This document shows, in pieces, positions 9,184-17,952 of a stretch of DNA of 42,323 bases. Position 1 is the stretch's first letter. Every line of letters begins with the position of its first letter. This DNA is from a virus. Its lineage: Duplodnaviria > Caudoviricetes. The notes beneath the pieces are model-generated. The model was not told where the DNA came from and did not search any database. It saw only the letters and a list, made by a program, of their open reading frames with translations. The stretch spans positions 1 through 42,323 of IMG/VR virus record IMGVR_UViG_3300005286_000010. One strand, given 5' to 3'. The position numbers were made by a program, and so were the translations under genes.

Positions 9184-9468
9184 ATGAAGGTACAAGTTGA
9201 AGGGAACATTTATCTGGAGTCGGACGAGCATCAATTCATCATCAAGGAGTACACCGGCAAGATAGACAAAAACGGAAATGACCTCTACACGACTCACGCT
9301 TATGTAACGAGCCTTGAATCTGCTTTTAAGTTCCTTGTAAAGCTCAAAGTTAAGCAATCGACGGCATCGAATCTTAACGAACTCATCATCGATCTAAAGC
9401 GAATCGAACAGTTTATCCGGGATCAGCTGTCGATAGACGTCGGAAATGGAATCAAAGAGGCCGTATGA
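9184..9468 (+). CDS. Hypothetical phage protein (DUF5405-like)
   Basis: AGGAGG RBS; resemblance by eye. Confidence 0.6.
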   Translation: MKVQVEGNIYLESDEHQFIIKEYTGKIDKNGNDLYTTHAYVTSLESAFKFLVKLKVKQSTASNLNELIIDLKRIEQFIRDQLSIDVGNGIKEAV

Positions 9469-9532
9469 AGAAATCACCATGGAGAAAACAGATAGCAGCG
9501 GACATTAAACGGACGGGGAAGGAGAAGGGAAA

Positions 9533-9778
9533 ATGATCGATCGAGCTATGCAATGGTGTCTCAAACGGCCGTTATTCTATCCTATCGTCATGGTTGCAAA
9601 TTCGATCTATGCGGTATTCGTAGTATTTCCTCTATGGCTGATTGGTCATTGGATATGCGATGAATGCAACAAGCGATTCGGCGTTAACGACCATAAGAAT
9701 GATCTAGTATGGGCCACGGTCTGCGACGGATGCAAAAGAAAAGCATACGGGGAGGAGTTTCCATGGTCGGAAAAGTAA
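9533..9778 (+). CDS. Membrane-anchored protein with two CxxC motifs
   Basis: Hydrophobic N-half; CDEC, CDGC. Confidence 0.65.
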   Translation: MIDRAMQWCLKRPLFYPIVMVANSIYAVFVVFPLWLIGHWICDECNKRFGVNDHKNDLVWATVCDGCKRKAYGEEFPWSEK

Positions 9779-10022
9779 ATACAGTGAGAAAAGTAATCCC
9801 GTTGAGCAGCCGGAAGAAACGTCCCAGCAAGGATGAGTACAAGAAGTACGCGAAACGACCTCCGGATGGTCCGAACGATTGTGCGTAATCTCTAATCATA
9901 TCATTTACTGGTGGTGATTGATAGAGAAAACGACGAAATATATAGATAAATGTTGGTAAATCGTTTATAATCAAGATATAGATATCGGAATATTACGAAT
10001 GATCAATATATGGAGGATGAAC

Positions 10023-11150
10023 ATGGAACAACTGACGAAAGAAATCGCACGACTTAAGCAAGAAGCGGAACATTTACGGTTGATCGGAGATGAATCTGGT
10101 TATATCGCCAAACTGAGGGAAGCAGAAGTGAAGACGAGCATTGCGAACATGACCGAGCAAGAACTGCTGGCAAAACTCTCTACGGTTACTGGAGAAGAAC
10201 GAAGACCATATGAAGATCAATACCAAGCGCTGTTGGCGGCAAAGGCCAAAGAAGTAGTGGACGACGCAACAAAATCCATCTCCAGCACCGATACAATTAG
10301 CATCGGCGGCGAGGAATATACGATTGACGATTTAGTATCTGGAGCGGACGAAGGAATCATTTTGCGACAATATCTGCGCCAAATCAAGATGCAAGTAACG
10401 GAGACGGCATCGAGATGGGCGAACGAAATGGGTGCTAAAGACGATGCGATTGCGCAACTGAAATCGGAGCTTGGCGCGGTTAAGTTGGAACGTGACGACC
10501 TTGCAAGTAAGCGCGATGCTGCCGTCAGAGAAGCAGAAGAAGCAAGGGCCGAAGTTGAGCGATTGAACAATCACGTAGACGATCTTCGCAAACAAATTGC
10601 AGTCGGGGCAACTGCGGCAGCTACGGTAATCGATATTGAGTCGGACGTCGATCTCGAAGCAGTTGCGAAGCGATTGAAGGAGAAGAAGGAAGCCGCCGAC
10701 AAAGCCGCTAGAGAGGCCGCAGAAGCCGCTAAGGTTCGTATCTACGACGTACAGCCCGGAGACCTTCGCCAAAGCTTCTACGTGGCAAAGAGAGCTGACA
10801 CAGACGAAGCAATCGAGATTCGCCCGCACTACGCCATTAACAACTACGTCGTACTCTCGAACGAAGAGGCTGCCCGATTTCGGGAAGAGTATAACGCCGC
10901 GCAAAAAGCATTGGTGGAATCCGTTCCGGAATCGACGGAAGAAACTGGAGAAGATGTTAGCGAGGGTGTAAAGGTACCTCCGACATTTCAAGATAGCGAA
11001 ACCTCAGAAATGGGAGGAGACTCCACTGTACAAGAAGTACATGGGGAGAGTGCTACGGGGGGAATGGAATCCTTGGAAGCACGGGTAAAACTGTTGGAAC
11101 AGAAAGTGGCGAAGCTTGAGGCGCAATCGGAATCTGTGGTGGCGGCGTAA
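10023..11150 (+). CDS. Large acidic coiled-coil protein
   Basis: GGAGG RBS; AT-rich upstream region with TATAAT. Confidence 0.8.
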   Translation: MEQLTKEIARLKQEAEHLRLIGDESGYIAKLREAEVKTSIANMTEQELLAKLSTVTGEERRPYEDQYQALLAAKAKEVVDDATKSISSTDTISIGGEEYTIDDLVSGADEGIILRQYLRQIKMQVTETASRWANEMGAKDDAIAQLKSELGAVKLERDDLASKRDAAVREAEEARAEVERLNNHVDDLRKQIAVGATAAATVIDIESDVDLEAVAKRLKEKKEAADKAAREAAEAAKVRIYDVQPGDLRQSFYVAKRADTDEAIEIRPHYAINNYVVLSNEEAARFREEYNAAQKALVESVPESTEETGEDVSEGVKVPPTFQDSETSEMGGDSTVQEVHGESATGGMESLEARVKLLEQKVAKLEAQSESVVAA

Positions 11151-11395
11151 TGGCTGGATTGGTAGAGTCGTTGGCTTTGGACATCTGGAAAAAAGAAGAT
11201 TACATCGATAAGCACGCAACCGGAGAAAAGATAACGAAAATAAGAATCAACCCCGAAAAATTCACTGAACTACTCAAAGAGGCAAACGCGCTATCCAAGC
11301 ACATATTTACTGAAGACGGGGAACATCAATTCAACGACATCCCTGTTGAGCGCGATAAAACGGTGCAGTTGTGGGAGTTCGACACAGTGAAGTAA
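11150..11395 (+). CDS. Hypothetical protein
   Basis: TAATG coupling. Confidence 0.7.
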   Translation: MAGLVESLALDIWKKEDYIDKHATGEKITKIRINPEKFTELLKEANALSKHIFTEDGEHQFNDIPVERDKTVQLWEFDTVK

Positions 11396-11455
11396 CAATA
11401 ACCATCAGGGAGAGCGGCTATCATCCAGCCGTTTTCTCGGTAAGGAGGAAAAACA

Positions 11456-11902
11456 GTGAAAAACGCGGGGGCTATGCACTGGAAAGAAACGTACATGGAT
11501 CTGGAAGAGGAAATACAAGTCCTAGAGCATAGAGAGCGCGAACTAACGGAACAGCTCGAACTGGCATATCAGATGTGCTACGACGGGAAGATGCCAGGAG
11601 ATTCATTTTCGAGAATGCCACTGGATAAGGCACTCGAAACCTATGACAACGTTAGAGCAAAACTGAACACAGTACAAGAATGGCTAGAGAAGAAGCGCCA
11701 AACGAAGAAGAATATGGACGAAAGCATCGGACGAATGAAGAGTTTGGAAGGACAAGTATTCTACAGACGATCCGTAATGCGTCAGACGATCCGTCAAATT
11801 GCAAGAGACATGGGATATTCCGAGGGATACATCAAGAATGTGTCCTATCGCATGGTTCAGGGAGAAGAGTTCGAGAACAGGAGAAATGTGACTTTCTTGT
11901 GA
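11456..11902 (+). CDS. ArpU/RinA-like late transcriptional activator
   Basis: C-terminal HTH (TIRQIARDMGYSEGYIKNV); last early gene before packaging module. Confidence 0.75.
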   Translation: MKNAGAMHWKETYMDLEEEIQVLEHRERELTEQLELAYQMCYDGKMPGDSFSRMPLDKALETYDNVRAKLNTVQEWLEKKRQTKKNMDESIGRMKSLEGQVFYRRSVMRQTIRQIARDMGYSEGYIKNVSYRMVQGEEFENRRNVTFL

Positions 11903-11935
11903 CCTCGCATCACCTTAAACCATGGTATTATATTA
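11887..11935 (+). promoter_or_regulatory. Late promoter
   Basis: TGTGAC repeats at 11887 and 11898; extended -10 TGgTATTAT 11923-11931; no consensus -35. Confidence 0.65.
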
Positions 11936-11945
11936 GTGTGCAATA

Positions 11946-12263
11946 GTTCCCGCGTTGCATGGAGAAACGCCATACTATCGCGAAATGGGATGAGCGTTTC
12001 TCCTGATAAAAGTGATAAGGCCAGTAGAAGCGCGGTAACGACTGAGAAGCCTAGGAGCGCGACATGGTAAATCAGTGGCCTGACATAGGTGATAAGCGCC
12101 AAGGACGGGCGGGAACGCCGGTAACGGCGAAAAGGTGGACGAAAGTCCGTGTAGGCGCATCACATACGAATCCGCTACCAGACGTTGGGCTTAGCCGAAT
12201 AGCCGTAACGTTGGACGTAAAAGGAGCGGTTGACTTAACGGCTCGAACCGCTCTGACGGATTC
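11946..12263 (+). ncRNA. Candidate large structured RNA with pseudoknot (family unassigned)
   Basis: About eight helices, GNRA tetraloops, crossing pairings, no credible CDS. Confidence 0.7.
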
Positions 12264-12270
12264 AATCATA

Positions 12271-12382
12271 CGTGGATGGCGGAAGATAGACGCTAGCTAA
12301 CAACGCCCCGTATTGATCCGACAATGCAAACGGAGCGAGTGGGTGGGGTCCACATCCATGGGTGAAAGTCCCGTGGTCCACG
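12271..12382 (+). ncRNA. tRNA-like RNA with non-canonical anticodon arm
   Basis: Acceptor CGTGGAT/GTCCACG; D arm GCG..CGC; variable arm GTGG/CCAC; T arm CATGGG-TGAAAGT-CCCGTG. Confidence 0.65.
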
Positions 12383-12402
12383 AATAATAGCTGTATACCC
12401 GG

Positions 12403-12426
12403 AACAGTCCCTTATGGGGCTGTTTT
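12403..12426 (+). terminator. Intrinsic terminator
   Basis: AACAGTCCC TTAT GGGGCTGTT TT. Confidence 0.7.
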
Positions 12427-12457
12427 GGCGTTAATGGAAAAACTTTCGCATAAAGTG

Positions 12458-12500
12458 TTGACAACGTCATACAGATGGAGTATGATTGTGTCATACAGAT
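12458..12500 (+). promoter_or_regulatory. SigA promoter with two GTCATACAGAT operator repeats
   Basis: TTGACA-17-TATGAT; repeats at 12466-12476 and 12490-12500. Confidence 0.85.
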
Positions 12501-12519
12501 TAGCGAAGGGATGGTTAAC

Positions 12520-12783
12520 ATGGAACGATTCGAAAAAGTGAAATTCAAACACTACTGCAAAAATGAAAGTAGCAAAGTCATTGCTGTGGGGAATGCCAAG
12601 GATTTCATTGCTGCATACGACACAATTGATGAAGCTGCGGAAGCTGTAAGTAAGATAAACATTGGTGAATCTAAATGGGGAGTAATATCCATTTTGAGTC
12701 CGGGTGAATCCAAAGAAATCGAACTTGAAAGAGTTCTCTACCCAGAAGAAGATTCATGGGATTTGGATGAATTGGGAAATTGA
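12520..12783 (+). CDS. Moron hypothetical protein
   Basis: GAAGGGA RBS; own promoter. Confidence 0.7.
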   Translation: MERFEKVKFKHYCKNESSKVIAVGNAKDFIAAYDTIDEAAEAVSKINIGESKWGVISILSPGESKEIELERVLYPEEDSWDLDELGN

Positions 12784-12953
12784 TACCGCCTCTTGTTGGA
12801 TTGTCTGATGCGGCAGATATTCTTGGGTGGGATCGCCGCAAAGTACAGACATATATCAGCAGAGGGGCGTTTCCTAAGCCGATACAACGTATTTCTAGCG
12901 GCCCCATATGGACACGAAAGCAAATAGAGGATTACCGAGACAGTCGCCAATGA
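12780..12953 (+). CDS. AlpA/excisionase-like HTH protein (57 aa; absent from ORF track)
   Basis: LVGLSDAADILGWDRRKVQTYISRGAFPKP...GPIWTRKQIEDY; TTGA coupling. Confidence 0.85.
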   Translation: MIPPLVGLSDAADILGWDRRKVQTYISRGAFPKPIQRISSGPIWTRKQIEDYRDSRQ

Positions 12954-12971
12954 GCGGCTGTTTTTATTTTT
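12939..12971 (+). terminator. Intrinsic terminator closing the moron
   Basis: ACAGTCGC..GCGGCTGT followed by T tract. Confidence 0.8.
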
Positions 12972-13038
12972 GCATCGAAGATGCCATCGTAGCGACCGAA
13001 TATGCTTAGCCGAAGGCGGAGGCCGTATATGATTGGTC
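12972..13038. repeat. Two-hairpin element, copy C
   Basis: GCATC GAA GATGC-CATCGTAGCGACCGAATATGCTTA-GCC GAA GGC-GGAGGCCG..GGTC. Confidence 0.8.
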
Positions 13039-13107
13039 TTATTCTATTTCTATCACTCATATTACTTTTATCACTCTGCTGGTATCTAGAGAGGAGGTAT
13101 AAAAGCC

Positions 13108-13374
13108 GTGGCTAAGATATACCGGTACAAGACATCACAAAACAACTGTATCAAAGCTCTGCGCGACTTGCTAGAACGAGCAGAACGTGGTGAAATGACC
13201 GGATTCATATTCGCTGCTAATCTACCGAATGGCAATGTCGCAACATCCTGGGCGAATGTAGATATTGGCGAGAGGCAATTCCTCATCGCACACCAGCAAG
13301 TGGACTTGAACTATGGGATCGTACAGGCGAATGCGGATCAAGTAGCGGATATGGTGAGAGAATATTTGGATTGA
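13108..13374 (+). CDS. Hypothetical phage protein
   Basis: AGGAGG RBS. Confidence 0.75.
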   Translation: MAKIYRYKTSQNNCIKALRDLLERAERGEMTGFIFAANLPNGNVATSWANVDIGERQFLIAHQQVDLNYGIVQANADQVADMVREYLD

Positions 13375-13457
13375 TATGCAGAATAGTGAATGGAAGGCTC
13401 CGATATTGCACAGTTTAATGCATAAGGAACGAATAAACGATGAATGAAGGTGAGATT

Positions 13458-13886
13458 ATGGCAGGACGCCCAAACAAATACTACTCACACGTAGAGCCTA
13501 AGCTCCTGCTGATAGAAGCATGGGCCAGAGATGGAGTAACAGAAGAACAGATGTGTAACAATCTCGATGTGAGTGTATCGGCATGGAGTGAATACAAGAA
13601 GGAATTCCCGGCATTGGTGGAAGCCCTAAAAAACGGTCGTGAAGTCATTGACACGATGGTTGAAAATGCACTTCTTAAAGCAGCATTGGGATATGAGTAT
13701 GAAGAGGATCAGATGAGTGGACAATTTGTCGCGAGAGTAAAGAAGTACGCCCATCCCAATACGACAGCGCTTATCTTCTGGCTAAAGAACCGTAGGCCGA
13801 GAGAATGGCGCGATAAGCAAGAGATCGAACATAGCGGAGAAGCTGGGGTGAGAATCATCAATGACATCCCTCGCCCAAGCAGATAA
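13458..13886 (+). CDS. terS: Terminase small subunit
   Basis: GRPNKY, HTH, VENALLKAALGY, ALIFWLKNR; precedes TerL. Confidence 0.88.
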   Translation: MAGRPNKYYSHVEPKLLLIEAWARDGVTEEQMCNNLDVSVSAWSEYKKEFPALVEALKNGREVIDTMVENALLKAALGYEYEEDQMSGQFVARVKKYAHPNTTALIFWLKNRRPREWRDKQEIEHSGEAGVRIINDIPRPSR

Positions 13887-15225
13887 TGCAGTAAGCCTTT
13901 TAAACGTGATTGCACCATCGTTCTACGATGTTCACTGGGATATACTCGACGGGAACCATACCCACTATTGGCTATCAGGTGGTCGTGGTTCTACGAAATC
14001 ATCGTTCGTTGCGACTGAAATTATTCTCGGCATTATGGCCGATCCACTCGCTAATGCTGTTGTGCTACGGAAGGTTAAGGACACATTGGGCGAGTCGGTC
14101 AAGGATCAACTCTCCTGGGCGATAGAAGCGCTTGGGGTCGAGCAATACTGGGAGATACCAGAGACAAAGTTGGTTCTCACATACAAGCCGACAGGACAAG
14201 AGATTCGTTTTCGGGGAGCTGACAAGCCTAAGAAGATTAAGTCCCTAAAATTCGCGAAGGGATACGCAAAGTTCATTTGGTACGAGGAATTAGACGAGTT
14301 CACCAGCATGGAAGAGATACGGATGATTAACCAATCCCTCATGCGCGGTGGACCAAAGTTCGTCGTATTTTACACATACAACCCACCGAAGTCGGCCAAC
14401 AATTGGGTTAACACAGAGAAGAAGTTTACCCGACCGGATCGGCTGACGCATCACAGCACGTATGAGACAGTACCGAGAGAATGGTTGGGACCTCAATTCA
14501 TCATCGAGGCTGAACACCTCAAGGCCACAAAGCCATTGGCGTACGAGCATGAATACCTTGGAGTTGAAACCGGGACAGGCGGCGAGGTATTCAACAACGT
14601 GCAGATCAGGAAGATCAGCGACGAAGAAATCGAGGACTTCTACAACATCCGGCGCGGCTTAGACTTTGGCTATGCGATTGATCCGCTTGCATACGGTGTC
14701 ATGCACTACGACCGTAAGCACAAGCGGCTATATATATTTCACGAGCTTTACAAAGTTGGGTTGTCCAATCGGTCGGCATATAAACACATCAACGAAGAAA
14801 ACAAGAAGAATGAACTTATTTATGCCGACTCATCCGAGCCAAAGAGCATTAATGAGTTGGCTCAATACGGGTTAAGGATAGCCGGAGTTAAGAAGGGTCC
14901 AGATAGCATTGAATATGGCATCAAGTTCCTACAAGACCTTGAAGCGATCATCATCGATGATGAACGTTGTCCAGAGACGGCGAGGGAATTCCTCTCGTAT
15001 GAACTGGATAAGGATGCTAACGGGAACTTTAAAGCCGGATATCCGGACAAGAACAATCACAGTATCGACATGGTACGTTATGCCATGAACGATGAATATC
15101 TGGACTTCCGGGAACGAATGAAGAGACCAGATCGACATCCTACACAAGAAGAACGTGTCCAGCAACACATTGATAGATTGGACAGACAAGCCAAGAAAAA
15201 GAAACGAGGTGAGTACGCTGGATAA
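13861..15225 (+). CDS. terL: Terminase large subunit, PBSX type
   Basis: GGRGSTKS Walker A; WYEE Walker B; GLDFG and NHSIDMVRY nuclease motifs. Confidence 0.96.
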   Translation: MTSLAQADNAVSLLNVIAPSFYDVHWDILDGNHTHYWLSGGRGSTKSSFVATEIILGIMADPLANAVVLRKVKDTLGESVKDQLSWAIEALGVEQYWEIPETKLVLTYKPTGQEIRFRGADKPKKIKSLKFAKGYAKFIWYEELDEFTSMEEIRMINQSLMRGGPKFVVFYTYNPPKSANNWVNTEKKFTRPDRLTHHSTYETVPREWLGPQFIIEAEHLKATKPLAYEHEYLGVETGTGGEVFNNVQIRKISDEEIEDFYNIRRGLDFGYAIDPLAYGVMHYDRKHKRLYIFHELYKVGLSNRSAYKHINEENKKNELIYADSSEPKSINELAQYGLRIAGVKKGPDSIEYGIKFLQDLEAIIIDDERCPETAREFLSYELDKDANGNFKAGYPDKNNHSIDMVRYAMNDEYLDFRERMKRPDRHPTQEERVQQHIDRLDRQAKKKKRGEYAG

Positions 15226-15454
15226 TTCGTTATTAATCGTTCTATCGATTCTGTCATGTATAGCGCTTGCTCTATTGGAGTTACAAAGCAGGAGGCAGCA
15301 GAAAGAACGTGATAGTTGGCAGAAGGAACGCAAGGACTTGATGGACCGTATCCAAGCTCCGACGTTTATGGAGTATACCGCCAAGGTGATCAAGGAAAAG
15401 AAGCTAGAACAACCACAACAAGAAGAATCGAAGCCGGTTGAATTTGTATCCTAG
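15209..15454 (+). CDS. Small single-TM protein
   Basis: N-terminal hydrophobic helix. Confidence 0.6.
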   Translation: MSTLDNSLLIVLSILSCIALALLELQSRRQQKERDSWQKERKDLMDRIQAPTFMEYTAKVIKEKKLEQPQQEESKPVEFVS

Positions 15455-15465
15455 GAGGCTGAGAC

Positions 15466-15696
15466 ATGGCTAAGAATATTTACGAGCTGGCTATTGGGCC
15501 AACAAAACACTTTGTAGCCGCAGAGGACGAACAAGACGCATACGATCAGGGAACGGACCCTGAGAAGTTTCCAGATATGCACTTCCTACCGTTCCAAATC
15601 ACGAAGGTTGAGATACCGGGTCACACGATAAACGTTACATCGGACGAACCGGAACAGATTGTAACGAGACGAGGGAGAAAACCAGCTAGCGCATAA
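15466..15696 (+). CDS. Hypothetical protein
   Basis: AGGAGG RBS. Confidence 0.7.
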   Translation: MAKNIYELAIGPTKHFVAAEDEQDAYDQGTDPEKFPDMHFLPFQITKVEIPGHTINVTSDEPEQIVTRRGRKPASA

Positions 15697-15723
15697 CAGG
15701 ATAGGCCAGAGAGGTGGTGAGTC

Positions 15724-17856
15724 ATGGACAAGAATAAGCCACAAGATAGTGTATCATTTGTCTCGGAAAAGTCGGAAGAAGGAACATGTTGGCCGATACA
15801 GCGACAAATTCAAATTAACCGGGCATTCTATTCGTCGTATCAGTGGATCAGTTGGGACGCTGTTAACCATCGAGTGTACGTTCCGGAATTACGACCTGGA
15901 GAACGACGTCTGACGTTTAACAAGATAAAGCCGTCTATCTTAACGCTGCTCTCTAAAATCTGTAAGAATCGCGTAAAGCTTGAGGTTAGCCCCGACACAA
16001 ACGATATCGAGCGTATCGAAGTCGCAAAGGGCGGTCATAAGTTCATTAAGTATCAATGGGACAATGACGACATGGACCGAAAGACCAGACGTCTTAAGTT
16101 TCACATGTTGGTGGATGGATTTCCGGCGCTTAAGGTGTACGTTGACAAGAACCAAGGTCAGGACATTCCCTTATCCGCGATTGATGGCGAGGACTTAGGG
16201 GATACGCCTAATGTGCCAATGAAGACGGGCAAGATTTGCACCCAAGTACTTGACCAATTCTCTTTTAAGGTCGATCCATCAGCAGAGTCTCCGGAAGAGA
16301 TTCGATGGGCCATGGAAGAACGACCGATGGATGTCGACGAGATATTTGAGATTTGGGGAAAGAAAGTAGAGCCGGAAGATAATATCACCATTCGTAATAC
16401 ATTTGATTTATCTCTAAACAACACGACGAAGAAATATAAGAACATGGCTATTGTCCGGGACTACTGGGAATTCCCATGTGCCAAGTATCCGAACGGACGG
16501 CGAATTGTTGTGTCGGGCGACAAGGAATTATATAAGAGTGACGATCCGGGAGAAAATCCATTCATCTTCTTCCCGGCAATCCCTATTCCTGGTACGGCCA
16601 TTGCAACCGGCGTGGTGACTGACATGACAACGCCGCAGAAGTCGTACAACATCAAGCGATCGGCAGAAGCTAAAATACTTGAGGAGATGGGAAATCCTAT
16701 TTGGCTCTGGCCGACTGGTTCGCTGCCTCTTGACGGAGAAGAACTAGTGAACGATATCGGAGCTACAGTAGAATATAACTCCGCAGTCAACGGAGCTAAG
16801 CCTGAGCGTGTACAAGGTGCCACGGTTGATGCAGGTTGGCAAAACGCTATGGAACGCGACGAAGCCGACATGGAGGATATATCTGGCGCTCATGAGATCA
16901 GCCAGGGAGCCACGCCAAGAGGAAACAATACGCTCGGTGGATTGCAACTCCAAGTAGAGCAGGATGAAACAAAAATAGCGCTGCTCGTTCAATCTTACGA
17001 AGATGGCATCAAGCAATGGGGCGAAAAGGTTCTGCGATTGGTACAAAAACACTTCCCGGAGGAACAACAACTATCCATAGTTGGTGAGAATGGTCAAATC
17101 GAAGCGTTCGCATTCTCCGGTGCTGATCTAACCGGCAACGAAGTGGTCGATGTCGTACCGGGATCGTCAATGCCTACACTCAAAGCGGTGCAAGATGAAA
17201 AGATCATGGCAATGTGGGGCGCGGGAATGTTCAATGACCCCCGCACAGGCGCTCCAGACGTCCGTAAGGTCGTCAGGATGCTCGGTGAGAGTATAGCTAC
17301 CCAATACTTCGACGACACCGAACAGGACGAAAATAAAGCGCTGATGGAGGATAGGACGTTCCAACAGTTGTTCGCAGATCCAGAAACGTCACAAATGCTA
17401 TTGGATTACACGAAGGTGTTACAAGAATTCGACGCCCAAGCACAAGAGATGGCGGCAAGTGGAATCGATGTTCGGCAGTTAGGCGTAGGACCTCCGCCGC
17501 CGCCTGTAAAGCTACCAATTGTGCGTGATTTCTACGATCATGAGACACACATCATGGTTCATAACCGTTACAGAAAAAGTGATGAATACGATAAGTTACC
17601 TCCACACTTACAGTCGCTTATCGATCGTCACGTTGCAGAACATGAGAGATACTTACGAGCGCCTGAGATTCAGCAGCAACAGCAACAACAGGCAATGGCC
17701 GAGGCACAAATGCAAGCACAGGCGCAGGAAGCCGAGAAACAGCGTACATTCGACCAAGAGACGAAGATGCAGGATCACTATAACCGTATGCAGGAAACGG
17801 CGCTAAAGGGAAATATAGCGCTCAGGCAAGCAGAGTTGAAGAATAGAACAGGTTAA
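15724..17856 (+). CDS. Portal protein, P22-like
   Basis: 710 aa after TerL; TFNKIKP, ISGAHEISQG; Gln-rich C-terminus. Confidence 0.88.
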   Translation: MDKNKPQDSVSFVSEKSEEGTCWPIQRQIQINRAFYSSYQWISWDAVNHRVYVPELRPGERRLTFNKIKPSILTLLSKICKNRVKLEVSPDTNDIERIEVAKGGHKFIKYQWDNDDMDRKTRRLKFHMLVDGFPALKVYVDKNQGQDIPLSAIDGEDLGDTPNVPMKTGKICTQVLDQFSFKVDPSAESPEEIRWAMEERPMDVDEIFEIWGKKVEPEDNITIRNTFDLSLNNTTKKYKNMAIVRDYWEFPCAKYPNGRRIVVSGDKELYKSDDPGENPFIFFPAIPIPGTAIATGVVTDMTTPQKSYNIKRSAEAKILEEMGNPIWLWPTGSLPLDGEELVNDIGATVEYNSAVNGAKPERVQGATVDAGWQNAMERDEADMEDISGAHEISQGATPRGNNTLGGLQLQVEQDETKIALLVQSYEDGIKQWGEKVLRLVQKHFPEEQQLSIVGENGQIEAFAFSGADLTGNEVVDVVPGSSMPTLKAVQDEKIMAMWGAGMFNDPRTGAPDVRKVVRMLGESIATQYFDDTEQDENKALMEDRTFQQLFADPETSQMLLDYTKVLQEFDAQAQEMAASGIDVRQLGVGPPPPPVKLPIVRDFYDHETHIMVHNRYRKSDEYDKLPPHLQSLIDRHVAEHERYLRAPEIQQQQQQQAMAEAQMQAQAQEAEKQRTFDQETKMQDHYNRMQETALKGNIALRQAELKNRTG

Positions 17857-17858
17857 CG

Positions 17859-17890
17859 GGGCATTCGCAGAGCAGCGGGTGCCCTTTCTC
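17859..17890 (+). terminator. Hairpin/terminator after portal
   Basis: GGGCATTCGC..GCGGGTGCCC TTT. Confidence 0.55.
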
Positions 17891-17952
17891 ATGCAATCAT
17901 TTGGCAATACATCGGGCGTTGAATCGTTATCGTCGCCGGATAACAGGAGGTA

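Noticed and set aside
11946-12263. Group I intron, RNase P RNA or hammerhead ribozyme identity for the structured region
   Set aside because: Fragments resemble these (GCGGGAAC, AACGACTGAG, GAAAGTCC) but order and required partner elements are missing, and no gene is interrupted.
12271-12382. Functional decoding tRNA
   Set aside because: No 7-nt anticodon loop, no TTC in the T loop, no D-loop GG.
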